A stretch of 63,927 bases of DNA, the filler included, from Thermoplasmatota archaeon (GTDB lineage Archaea > Thermoplasmatota > E2 > JACPAO01 > JAHFTW01), in the NCBI GenBank assembly GCA_041623215.1. It is 6 parts of 6 records of this genome, joined end to end, with 100 filler letters (N's around TTAATTAATTAA, not from the genome) between each part and the next. Parts side by side here need not be neighbours in the genome. Positions count along the whole stretch, not along the records: positions 32,580 to 43,037 come from JBFJXH010000060.1; positions 43,138 to 53,520 come from JBFJXH010000061.1; 4 more parts are not named here. One strand, given 5' to 3'. Shown piece after piece: positions 37,861-46,949 of this stretch. Under the pieces are notes generated by a model. That model was not told the DNA's origin and made no database searches. It saw only the letters and a program-made list of their open reading frames with translations. Position numbers and translations under genes: made by a program. Position 1 is the stretch's first letter, and each line of letters begins with the position of its first letter.

Positions 37861-38388
37861 CTATTCAACGACCAAGTGCTGCCACGATTGTCGCAACTTG
37901 GCAAGCTTGGGCGAAATGACGGCGGCACAATAGCCATTGCCAGGATTGTTGGCATAGTAATTCTGGTGATAGTCCTCGGCGAGCCAGAATTGTTCGAGTG
38001 GCCGAACTTGGGTGACGATGTCATCGTCCCACGCCGCTTGGGCCCGGCGAATGGCGGCTTGCGCCTGCGCCTCTTGGCCGTCGTTGTGGAGGAAGATCGC
38101 GCTGCGGTATTGCGTGCCAACGTCGGCACCTTGCCGGTTGAGCGTCGTCGGGTCATGGATGGAAAAGAAGACATCCAACACTGTTTCCAAAGGCAGCTTA
38201 GACGCGTCGAAGGTTACCTGCACCACTTCGGCATGGCCCGTGGTCCCGGCGCAGACCTGTTCGTACGTCGGATGGCTCGTCGTGCCACCAGCGTAGCCAC
38301 ATTGTACGGTCGTTACGCCCCGGATACCCCGGTAGGCCGCATCCAGGCACCAAAAGCAGCCGCCCGCAAGTATGATGGTTTCAGGCAT
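37861..38388 (-). CDS. msrA: Peptide-methionine (S)-S-oxide reductase
   Basis: GGCFWC, YEQVCAGTTGHAE, RQGADVGTQYRS, AEDYHQNY. Confidence 0.96.
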   Translation of the reverse strand: MPETIILAGGCFWCLDAAYRGIRGVTTVQCGYAGGTTSHPTYEQVCAGTTGHAEVVQVTFDASKLPLETVLDVFFSIHDPTTLNRQGADVGTQYRSAIFLHNDGQEAQAQAAIRRAQAAWDDDIVTQVRPLEQFWLAEDYHQNYYANNPGNGYCAAVISPKLAKLRQSWQHLVVE

Positions 38389-39292
38389 CGGCGAACCTCC
38401 GCTGCAGCACATCGTAGGCATCGACGCGCCGGTCGCGCAGGAAGGGCCAGCCTCGCCTTTGGGTTTCGATTCGGTCCAGGTCAATGGTCACGACGGCCAC
38501 TTCTTCTTGTTCGCCGCATTCGTGGACGGTTTCTCCAGCTGGGCCAAAAACGAAGGAATGTCCCCAAAACGCCAGTTCCTCTTCCGTGCCAACCCGGTTC
38601 ACCGCGACCGTGTAGACCCCGTTCGCGATGGCATGGCCGCGCTGGACGCCTTGCCACGCAGCCAATTGTTCGTCCTTGAGGTCCATCTCGCCGTGCCACG
38701 TGCCAATGGCCGTTGGATAGAACAGGATGTCTGCGCCCAGCAACGCGGTGGCTCGAGCGGCCTCAGGATACCACTGGTCCCAGCAAACCAGTGTTCCAAT
38801 GCGGCCAACCGCCGTGTCCCACGCCGCAAATCCGGCGGCGGAGTGGACGCGTCCTTCGGCACCGGGCGCGGCGCTGATTTGGGCAGCATCTCCTGGGGTA
38901 AAGTAGAATTTCTCGTAAAACCGGGGGTCGTCGGGAATGTGCATCTTGCGGTACTTGCCAAGATAGGCGCCATCTGCGTCAATCACGGCCAGAGAATTGT
39001 GGTACAATCCCTTGGCTCGCTGTTCGAAGAGACTGGCTAGGATGACGACGCCGTGCTGCTTGGCCTTGGCTGTCAGTCGATCAGTGGTCGGCCCAGGGAC
39101 CGTCTCGGCTCGGTCGAATTCCGCGTGGTCCTCTTCTTGGCAAAAATAAGGGCCAAGAAACAGTTCCTGGAGGCAGATAATCTGTGCGCCCTTGGCGGCA
39201 GCGTCATCAATGAGCTGCAAGGTTCGCTCGAGGTTGGCCTCGGCGTCCGATCCGGCGTGGGTTTGAATGAGGCCGACCTTGATGGCTGCCAC
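38381..39292 (-). CDS. aguB: N-carbamoylputrescine amidase (carbon-nitrogen hydrolase)
   Basis: LQELF...YFCQ, YRKMHIPDDP.FYEKFYF, VCWDQWYPE, YPTAIG, WPFLRDRR. Confidence 0.9.
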   Translation of the reverse strand: MAAIKVGLIQTHAGSDAEANLERTLQLIDDAAAKGAQIICLQELFLGPYFCQEEDHAEFDRAETVPGPTTDRLTAKAKQHGVVILASLFEQRAKGLYHNSLAVIDADGAYLGKYRKMHIPDDPRFYEKFYFTPGDAAQISAAPGAEGRVHSAAGFAAWDTAVGRIGTLVCWDQWYPEAARATALLGADILFYPTAIGTWHGEMDLKDEQLAAWQGVQRGHAIANGVYTVAVNRVGTEEELAFWGHSFVFGPAGETVHECGEQEEVAVVTIDLDRIETQRRGWPFLRDRRVDAYDVLQRRFADA

Positions 39293-39322
39293 ATGGCGTT
39301 GTCTGCGAAGCGCCGTTTAGGC

Positions 39323-40261
39323 TTATTCCTCTTCGAGAGTCATCACGCGGGCCCCAGCGTCCGCGTCGGATGACATCACCGGGCCGGCAGCGGCGGCCAC
39401 CTGGCCAGCATCAGCCGTGGAACCCGGCTCTTCGCCAGTTGCAACGGGGCGCCCGTCCGCAGGCCGACACCATTGGCTCCAGCCGCCCGGGTAGAGGCGG
39501 GGCGTTGGTAGGCCGGCTAATTCCATGGCGAGAATGTTGTTGGCCGCCGTGACGCCGCTGCCACAATAAGCAACCGTCCCTGGGCCCGCCACGGCCGCGA
39601 AGCGGGCCGCAAGTTCGTCGGGGGACAGCCAAAGGCCATCGGGCCCGACATTGCCCGCAAACGGAAGGTTCACCGCGCCCGGAATGTGGCCTGCCACTGG
39701 GTCAATCGGTTCGGTTTCACCGCGGTAACGCTCGGGAGCACGAGCATCCACGACCGACGATGCAACTAGGACCTCGTCGGCCTCCGCCACGGGCATGGTT
39801 CCGGGCTTGCCGTCGAAGTCACCGTCGGGCAAGCGGTGATGGGTATTGTCGATGGGAAGGCCGAGCGCGCGCCACCGTTGCAGGCCACCATCGAGGACCG
39901 CGACCGCATCGTGGCCATAATGACGAAGCAGCCACCAGAGGCGGGCGGCCCACGCGCCACCCACGTCGTCATAGCACACAACTTGCGAGTTTTGGTTGAC
40001 TCCGGCTTGCCTCAGGAATCGCACGAAGGCCCCTGGAATGGGCAGGGGGTGTCGTCCCTTGCCCCCCGCCCCGACCGGCCCAGCGAGGTCCCGGTCAATG
40101 TGGGCGTGAATCGCTCCCGGAATTCTTCGCTTGCCAAATTCGCGGGGCCCCCATTCGGGGTCCCCAAGGTCATGGCGGCAGTCGAAGATGACCCAGCGCG
40201 AGTCCTTCAGGTGCTCAAACGTCGTCTCACAACTGACCAGGGGGGCGTGGACTTCCTGCAC
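39323..40261 (-). CDS. Two-domain sulfurtransferase (rhodanese, SseA/MST-like)
   Basis: GRHPLP, AARLWW, VLDGG, DARAPERYRG, GHIPGA, YCGSGVTA, LYPGGWSQW. Confidence 0.92.
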   Translation of the reverse strand: MQEVHAPLVSCETTFEHLKDSRWVIFDCRHDLGDPEWGPREFGKRRIPGAIHAHIDRDLAGPVGAGGKGRHPLPIPGAFVRFLRQAGVNQNSQVVCYDDVGGAWAARLWWLLRHYGHDAVAVLDGGLQRWRALGLPIDNTHHRLPDGDFDGKPGTMPVAEADEVLVASSVVDARAPERYRGETEPIDPVAGHIPGAVNLPFAGNVGPDGLWLSPDELAARFAAVAGPGTVAYCGSGVTAANNILAMELAGLPTPRLYPGGWSQWCRPADGRPVATGEEPGSTADAGQVAAAAGPVMSSDADAGARVMTLEEE

Positions 40262-40332
40262 GCCCGGGAATTGCCTGAGCCCTTCAAGGCTTGGCCCAGG
40301 GGCCTGGCAACCCTGTGGGCCACCTGCAAGCC

Positions 40333-41163
40333 TCACGACGAGGCGGGCGGCGCAACCGTGACAGTGCCGGTAACCGGCTGCAAGTCGTCGCTCTCGTAAG
40401 TGTAGGTCCCCGGCACGAGGAGGAGAAGCGGTTCCGTCGCTGCGCCGCCAGCCACGGTGAAAGCAGGTAGGTCCACGGGGCCGGCAGTCCATGCGAACGT
40501 ATGGTCGGCTAGGTCGTCGTTTTGGAAGACCAAGGCATCGCCCAGCACCGCCTCGGCGTCCGTTGGCTCCGTGGCCGCGAGAAGCGGACCGCCCGCCGAG
40601 ATTGTTACGGTGACCGTGTTTCCCGTGGCTTCCACCGGGTCCACGACAACGGCGTGTTCGGCGCTCCAAACATGTCGGCCAAACACTTCGGCGTACGCCC
40701 GAAGGAAGTAGGTGCCCGGTTCGGTTGGGCGCCATTCGCCGTCATAGCCGGTGCCATCCTCGAAATTCTGGTGCTCCTTCTTGGCAAGGGACACACCGAA
40801 CGTTTCGGGGCCCTCGAGTAGGTCGTCGGCAATGGAAACTCGGTTGGCGCGGACCTCGGTCAGCATCGCATGGGCATTGGCTTCGTCCGTTTGCAATACC
40901 CATCGAAAGCTCACGGGGGAATAGGCGAGACTGGCACCCGGCAGACCTTCAATCCGGACGGTGGCCGGCAGGGGCTCTTCGGCCGGTGCAGGACATTCGC
41001 TTGCCGGGTCGAAGCTTTCGTTGTGATGGCTCGTGAAGTTTCCCGGATTGATGATGGTGCCATCGTCGCACGCGAAGGCTTCGCCGTGACTATGGTCGTC
41101 TGCGCCGGTGCAGCCGGCCAGCGCAATGGCGCCGGCCAACACAACAGCCGTCAGTAGTCGCAT
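40333..41163 (-). CDS. Lipoprotein with His/Cys-rich N-terminus and C-terminal cupredoxin-like domain
   Basis: LAGC lipobox, HSH...C...HH...C, C-terminal GDALVFQNDDLADHT...PGTYTY...TGTVTV lacking the Cys/His/Met copper ligands. Confidence 0.7.
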   Translation of the reverse strand: MRLLTAVVLAGAIALAGCTGADDHSHGEAFACDDGTIINPGNFTSHHNESFDPASECPAPAEEPLPATVRIEGLPGASLAYSPVSFRWVLQTDEANAHAMLTEVRANRVSIADDLLEGPETFGVSLAKKEHQNFEDGTGYDGEWRPTEPGTYFLRAYAEVFGRHVWSAEHAVVVDPVEATGNTVTVTISAGGPLLAATEPTDAEAVLGDALVFQNDDLADHTFAWTAGPVDLPAFTVAGGAATEPLLLLVPGTYTYESDDLQPVTGTVTVAPPASS

Positions 41164-41244
41164 GGGCTGCGTCTCCGGTGGTTTCGACTTAGGCGTTGTG
41201 CCAGTTCAGGGCCTGGGCCGCTGCGCGACGAGGTCATGTCGCCC

Positions 41245-42396
41245 CTACTGAGGCGTCTGCCAGAAGGCCCGGTGTTCAACAACGTCAACGGTGTTTGCAC
41301 CAATCTCCAACAGCACACTGGCTGTGTTGTCGGATTCATCGGTTTCCAGTAGTTGGTCAAAGGGGTCAACCGTGCTAACCAGCTCATAGAGCCCGGGGGA
41401 GGCGCCGCTAGCTTCGACATATTGGTCGGTGAGGCTGGGAGAGTAGTAGTCGTACCAACCAACGCTGACGCCCATCGTCCACCCGGCGGCTCCCGGCACG
41501 AGGCAGGCATTCTCAGCGTTCCCGCCATTGCCGTGCGGCGGCGTGTCCTTGGCATCCATTTCGCCCCAATCAACCAGGCAGAAGCCGGACTTGGTGCCTT
41601 GGCCAATTGCCTCGCCACGAAGGCCATGTTCATCCACAGGATGCAACGTGAAGAGGGCAAAACCGTCGTAGTGGAAATGGCTGTGTGCCATGTGCCAATC
41701 GGCGGCGCCAACTGGCTCCTCTCGAACCGTACCGTCCACTTGGTGGATGCGCTGGACGAAGGTCCCCTCCAGAAGACCAACTTCACTGGCAACGGTGGCC
41801 GCCGCTTGGTCAAACGTGAGCCGCACTTCCATGGGGCCGTAGCCGACGTTTCCTCCGGCGTTGCCAAGGCGTAGGCACCGCTTGGCGCCTTGTTCGACCT
41901 CCTCAACTTGTTGGCAGGAGCCAAAATGGGGATCACGGATACTAAGCGTCACCAAGTTTGGCAGCAGGTCGCTGGCCGCCGGCGAGCCGGGACCCACCGT
42001 GGAGGTTACGTGGTAGGTTGTTGCCGGCAGCCCTTCCCCGGCTTGCCAAAAACTGACGTGCCAGGTGCCCTCCTCCCACGCGACCAAACGCAGGGAATCG
42101 AAACCGCGCGCAAGCTGCTCTACCTCGCCCGAAGGCGAGGTTGCCTCGCCCGCAAGCGGCGGCGACGTGGTACCATCCCACAGGATGCGGACGTCTCCCC
42201 ACTCGCCTGCTTGCAGCGGCGCAATTTCAATCGGGAACGACGTGCAAGAACCCACGCAGGTTGACGCCTCGGTTCCGGCCGCGGGGATTGTGGCGCTGTC
42301 CACTGGAGCATCCGATGTCAAGCAGCCTGCCAGCGCGGCCACGCTGAGGACCAATCCTGCTAGCCACGCTTGTTCCAGTGCTGCCACGAGTTTCAT
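41245..42396 (-). CDS. Lysyl oxidase family lipoprotein
   Basis: LAGC lipobox; DLLP, NVGYGP, copper motif WHMAHSHFHY, KSGFCLVD, GWYDYY, PGLYEL...VDP...ETDESDN. Confidence 0.85.
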   Translation of the reverse strand: MKLVAALEQAWLAGLVLSVAALAGCLTSDAPVDSATIPAAGTEASTCVGSCTSFPIEIAPLQAGEWGDVRILWDGTTSPPLAGEATSPSGEVEQLARGFDSLRLVAWEEGTWHVSFWQAGEGLPATTYHVTSTVGPGSPAASDLLPNLVTLSIRDPHFGSCQQVEEVEQGAKRCLRLGNAGGNVGYGPMEVRLTFDQAAATVASEVGLLEGTFVQRIHQVDGTVREEPVGAADWHMAHSHFHYDGFALFTLHPVDEHGLRGEAIGQGTKSGFCLVDWGEMDAKDTPPHGNGGNAENACLVPGAAGWTMGVSVGWYDYYSPSLTDQYVEASGASPGLYELVSTVDPFDQLLETDESDNTASVLLEIGANTVDVVEHRAFWQTPQ

Positions 42397-42447
42397 TAGC
42401 CTGGCATGCAAGCCACCCTTCAAAGGATGATGCTGGGCAATGTCGGC

Positions 42448-43037
42448 CTATCCGCCCCATTCTTCTTCTTCGCTGCGGCGCCGCATCCAGACAAGGAGAC
42501 CAACTAGACCGCCGACCACGAGGAGAACCAATAGGGCGGCCAGCCAAGCGAAGGGACTTCGCCCGCCTCCATCGCCATCTTCCTGCGTCGGCTGCGGCTC
42601 GCCATCGGCATCCAGCACGGTTGCCGTGGCGGAAGCTGTGAGGCCCATCCAATCGTGGGCAACCACCTCAACGACGTCCCCCGGTTCGGCAGCTATGGTG
42701 ACCTGTCGCTCGGTGCCATTCCATTCCTCATCCAGGACCTCTTGCCCGTCGACCGCGATGATGAGACGGTCAATGCGCAGGTTGTCGGAGGCATTCGCGG
42801 CCACAATCACGCGGCCGTCAACAATCCGCCAATCTGTGCGGCTGCCACCCTCGCCGTCGCCCGGCCACACGTTCAGGAGTGGAGACTGGTCATCTTGACC
42901 CAATACGAAAACGCCGCAACAAGGGAGCATGATGTCCACCGTCGCTTGGTCGCCATCCCATACAATGCCCGCCAAGGCGGCCTGCGCGGGAACCCAGGAG
43001 CCATCCATGAGGCGAAGGGCACCAAGGTGCGTGAAGT
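42448..43037 (-). CDS. C-terminal part of a surface protein with TM anchor, 5'-truncated
   Basis: Frame open to the contig end; Ig-like strand pattern, C-terminal TM followed by RRR. Confidence 0.65.
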
Positions 43038-43137
43038 NNNNNNNNNNNNNNNNNNNNNNNNNNNNNNNNNNNNNNNNNNNNTTAATTAATTAANNNNNNN
43101 NNNNNNNNNNNNNNNNNNNNNNNNNNNNNNNNNNNNN
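43038..43137. other. Artificial contig linker
   Basis: N44-TTAATTAATTAA-N44. Confidence 0.99.
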
Positions 43138-43526
43138 CCGCTGTTGGCTTGCTGGCCACAATCACGTTCCTGGTATGGTATCCGGCAGCCTGGAATGGAG
43201 CGGCTAGCTCGGCAACGGCCCGAAGCGTGATTGTCAACCTGCACGCCGGCGCGGCCCTGGCTGCTGCGGCCTTGCTGGCCGTCGGCAATGTCATGGCCAT
43301 CCGTGGTCGTCGCATCCAGGCGCGCGCCGTGCTTCGCCATGCCAAGGCCGCTACTGCTAGCGATGTCGCGGGCGCGATGAATGCATCCCCGGCCCTTGCG
43401 CAGGCCGACCAGCACGCAGGGCCCCGCCTGACAAAGCCACCCGCCGCCGACGTTGCCATTTCCTGGAAGAATCCGGACCGGGACGCCCAGCAGTGGCTTG
43501 AAGAGACTCCGACGAAGCAGGGGTAG
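43138..43526 (+). CDS. C-terminal part of a hypothetical membrane protein
   Basis: Frame open from the contig start; two TM segments; stop 4 nt before the next gene. Confidence 0.55.
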
Positions 43527-43530
43527 ACGG

Positions 43531-44097
43531 GTGGCCGGCGGGGAGGTCCGCGGCATTCTGCGAGAATCTCTCCCGCTGCTATTGGCCATGGCCGTCTTGG
43601 AAATCGTAGCAGGCAGCTTCTTTGGCCGCATGGAGCATAGCTTGGCGGCCCTCCCGGGCTTGCTTGCCTTGACCCCCGCAGTCCTAGCCATGCGGGGCAA
43701 CATTAGCACCAGTTTAGGCAGCCGCCTTGGCACGGCGGCTCGTTTTGGTCTCGTGCCCCGCGACCAATGGTCGGTGCCGGTTGTCTGGCACAACCTTGTG
43801 GCAAGTCTCGTACTCGGAGTCTTGGTGGCCTTTGCTGCCGCGCTTGCGGCTCATTTCTCAACTCTTGCCGTAGGATTTCCTAGTGCGGGCATCGTTCCCC
43901 TAGCAAGCATTGCCATCGTGGCCGGCCTCGCCAGTGGGCTCGTCATGGCGGTCATGGCGGTCGTAACGATGCGCGTGGCCTTTCGACGCGGCCTAGACCT
44001 AGACAACGTGGCGGGTCCCGTGCTGATGACGAGTAGCGACGTTTTCACGCTGCTGTTCCTGTGGGTGGCGGCGCGCGCGTGGGGGGTGATTGGGTGA
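43531..44097 (+). CDS. MgtE integral-membrane-domain protein (copy 1)
   Basis: PAVLAMRGNISTSLGSRL, GLDLDNVAGPVLMTSSD. Confidence 0.85.
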   Translation: MAGGEVRGILRESLPLLLAMAVLEIVAGSFFGRMEHSLAALPGLLALTPAVLAMRGNISTSLGSRLGTAARFGLVPRDQWSVPVVWHNLVASLVLGVLVAFAAALAAHFSTLAVGFPSAGIVPLASIAIVAGLASGLVMAVMAVVTMRVAFRRGLDLDNVAGPVLMTSSDVFTLLFLWVAARAWGVIG

Positions 44098-44173
44098 CCG
44101 TTAGCTGGCAACGTGGACCGGCCGCGACGGTATCGCAAGCGAGGCGTGGTCGCCCGGGTGCGGAGGGGTCGCC

Positions 44174-44770
44174 GTGAGTATGGGAGGGGCGGCAGCGGGC
44201 CGCACGCAAACCGCACCGGTGTACCATTGGCGTCGAATCACGATTCAATCACTCCCGGTGCTCCTAGGCGCGGTCGTCATTGGAGTGCTGGCGGGCCAAA
44301 TTCTAGCCCTTTACCAGGACCGCCTGTTCTCCGTTCCCATCCTGCTCGCCCTGGTCCCCGCGGTGAATGGCATCGGTGGCAACGTGGGCAGCATTCTGGG
44401 CGCCCGCGTAGCAAGCGGCTTGCACTTTGGCGGCCTGTGGTCCAATCAGGCCCGCGGTTTCCGACGCGATGTCGCTGCAAGCGTCATTCTCGCTGCCGCA
44501 ACCTTCCTGTTTCTTGGCGTGGCCGCTAGCCTCTCGGCGCCGATTCTTGGCATTAGCGGCCCCACACCCCTTCTGCGCCTTGCGGCCACCACCCTGCTTG
44601 CAGGCGTGGCTCTGGTCGTGGCCATGATTATTCTTGTTATCGTCGTGGGCATGCTTGCTCATCGACGCGGATGGGACCCGGATGCCGTTGTGGTGCCGGT
44701 CCTGACAACTGCCGGCGATACGCTCGGCATCCTCTTCCTTCTTGCCTCTGGAGCCCTGATCGGCCTATGA
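44174..44770 (+). CDS. MgtE integral-membrane-domain protein (copy 2)
   Basis: PAVNGIGGNVGSILGARV, GWDPDAVVVPVLTTAGD. Confidence 0.85.
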   Translation: MSMGGAAAGRTQTAPVYHWRRITIQSLPVLLGAVVIGVLAGQILALYQDRLFSVPILLALVPAVNGIGGNVGSILGARVASGLHFGGLWSNQARGFRRDVAASVILAAATFLFLGVAASLSAPILGISGPTPLLRLAATTLLAGVALVVAMIILVIVVGMLAHRRGWDPDAVVVPVLTTAGDTLGILFLLASGALIGL

Positions 44771-45393
44771 AACGACGAACCCGACGCATCAAAGACTACG
44801 AAGCGGTTGCCTACGAGCCGGTGACCGTTCTCGAATTGCTCACCGAAATGAAAGATGTCTCAGAATTGATGACTGACCTAGCATACTCGGCACTGATTCT
44901 GGATTCAGACCCAATCGGCGAGCAAGTAGATGATTTGGCCGCCCGCATGGACTGGCTGAAGTATCACCTCAGGTTGCAAGCTAGCCTCGCGGTAAGAAAT
45001 CCGGATGAAGCTGAACAAGTGGCCGGTATCCTGCAGGTGGCCGATGCCAGTGAGCACATTGCCAATGCCGCGGCGGATCTGGTGGATCTTCTGGACCAAA
45101 GCGTCAACTTGCGCCCGTTTCTGGGCCGCGTCCTCGACGAGGCGGACGACCGCATCAGCACGGCAACGATTCCGGACGGGTCGCCGGCCATTGGCCAGAA
45201 CCTTGGCGAACTTGACCTCGAGGCCGAGATGGGCCTGAGAGTGCTCGCCGTTCGGCGGGCCCAGAAGGGATGGCGCTATGCACCGGGCAAGTCCACGCAG
45301 TTGCACGCCGGCGACACCTTGCTGGTCCGAGGACAGCAGGAAAGCGCCGCCAATTTCAGGGACTTCCTTCGCGGCGCGGAGGTGGCTCCATGA
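44767..45393 (+). CDS. PhoU-like + TrkA-C domain protein (copy 1)
   Basis: EMKDVSELMTDLAYSAL, E.IANAA, LGELDLEAEMGLRVLAVRR, GDTLLVRG. Confidence 0.85.
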   Translation: MKRRTRRIKDYEAVAYEPVTVLELLTEMKDVSELMTDLAYSALILDSDPIGEQVDDLAARMDWLKYHLRLQASLAVRNPDEAEQVAGILQVADASEHIANAAADLVDLLDQSVNLRPFLGRVLDEADDRISTATIPDGSPAIGQNLGELDLEAEMGLRVLAVRRAQKGWRYAPGKSTQLHAGDTLLVRGQQESAANFRDFLRGAEVAP

Positions 45394-46034
45394 CCTCCGC
45401 CGAAGCACCCGTCCCGGCCGATGACGACGTGACGGACGAGAGCGCGCCGAAAGTTCGCCAAGTCGAAGACCTGCTGCTCGAATTGAGGGATGACTCTGCG
45501 ATTATGGTTGACTTGGCCTACTCAGCTCTGCTCTACGATAGTCGCGCCATCGCGGAAGAGGTAGTGGCCATGGAGGAGGAGGCCGACCGCGACTTTGACA
45601 CCATCCTGCGCCTGGCGCTGCAAGCGGTCCAAGACGGTGACCTCAGCACGGGCCACGCTCAAATCATCATCCAAGTGGCGCAAGCTGCGGAGACCATTGC
45701 GGACAGTGCGCTAGAGATTGCCGACGTGGTGCTGCGCGATGTGGAACCCCACCCGGTCATCGCGGCAACCATTCGGCAAAGTGACTCGGTAATCAGCAAG
45801 GTCGTCCTGGCCGCCGACAGTGACTTTGCCGGCGAGCGCCTACGAGACCTCGAACTGGAATCGGGATGGGGCATGCGCATCGTGGCGGTCAAGCGGAAAG
45901 GCCGCTGGCGCACCGCCGTCGATGGTGCCTTCAGGCTCCAGGCGGATGACTTGCTAATTGCGTCTGGACCGCTGGATGGAGAAGCCGATTTCCTCGCCGC
46001 TGCGACCGCCGGTTCAACCGTGGATGCCACCTAG
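45390..46034 (+). CDS. PhoU-like + TrkA-C domain protein (copy 2)
   Basis: ELRDDSAIMVDLAYSAL, AETIADSA, GMRIVAVKR, DDLLIASG. Confidence 0.85.
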   Translation: MTSAEAPVPADDDVTDESAPKVRQVEDLLLELRDDSAIMVDLAYSALLYDSRAIAEEVVAMEEEADRDFDTILRLALQAVQDGDLSTGHAQIIIQVAQAAETIADSALEIADVVLRDVEPHPVIAATIRQSDSVISKVVLAADSDFAGERLRDLELESGWGMRIVAVKRKGRWRTAVDGAFRLQADDLLIASGPLDGEADFLAAATAGSTVDAT

Positions 46035-46109
46035 CGCTGCGGTGAAACGGGCGCGATGAGCTTGCAGCTCGACATGGCACCTTAGCCGCCGCGTGTCTTC
46101 GCGTAGCAG

Positions 46110-46835
46110 TTACGATTCGGCAGGCGGGCGGAACTTCGAGGCCAACCAGAGAACTAGAATGCCGATGCCGCTGACGCCAATGATGCGCATGCGCATTGCG
46201 GTGCGGTCGGGCGGCGGGGGCGTGTAGTTTTCCGGGATGGGCGGTGCGTTTGCCTGTAGTAGCGCGATGGTGGCGTCGTCTTGGTTGCCGTACACGAAGA
46301 GGATGCGTTCACCGTTGGCAGACTGCCGCGACAAAATTTCATCCAAGTCAACCTCCGTCCAGCCATCAGCGCCCCACGGCTGGTGGAATGCGCGCACGCG
46401 GTGGGTATCGTTGATGGGGTATTCGCCCGCGTCCCCGAAGTGCTGGGGGCCCAGGGTCATGGCGGAATCGGAGAACTCAACCGCGAGGTGTTTCATGAAG
46501 TCTCCAAGTTCCGTGCAACGCAACGTGCCAGGGTGGAAGTGCATCACGCCACTGTCGTCGTGGATGTGGGTGCCGGGGGCGTTGGGGTTTTGCGAGTCCT
46601 GGAAGCCGGGGTGGGCGAAGGCTACGCGCTCTTCACCGTTGTATACTTGCACAATGCTGTGCCAGTGGCCGGGGCAGCTGGGGCCATCGTCCGCCGTGGC
46701 AACGATGCCGCCAACGGCGAGACCCCAAAGGGCCACGACGATGAGGGGGTATTTCCAGGCGGCCAAGCTGAACTTGGGTTTCGCAGTCTTGGCCTTCTGA
46801 AACTGTTCCCGGCGTCGTTCCCGCGCGTCGCTCAT
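46110..46835 (-). CDS. Membrane protein with His/Cys-rich extracellular domain
   Basis: N- and C-terminal TM; CPGHWH and THIHDDSGVMHFHP...C. TTTTGAAG box at 46857-46864. Confidence 0.7.
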   Translation of the reverse strand: MSDARERRREQFQKAKTAKPKFSLAAWKYPLIVVALWGLAVGGIVATADDGPSCPGHWHSIVQVYNGEERVAFAHPGFQDSQNPNAPGTHIHDDSGVMHFHPGTLRCTELGDFMKHLAVEFSDSAMTLGPQHFGDAGEYPINDTHRVRAFHQPWGADGWTEVDLDEILSRQSANGERILFVYGNQDDATIALLQANAPPIPENYTPPPPDRTAMRMRIIGVSGIGILVLWLASKFRPPAES

Positions 46836-46949
46836 TGAAGTGGCCGATTGAAGCTGCTTCAAAAGACCTAGCCATATGGCCGTCAGGGTTCGGCGCGGCC
46901 GGCCACGCCGCGGCGGGGGCCGGTTTGGCACGCTCTTGGTGGGTTGCGC

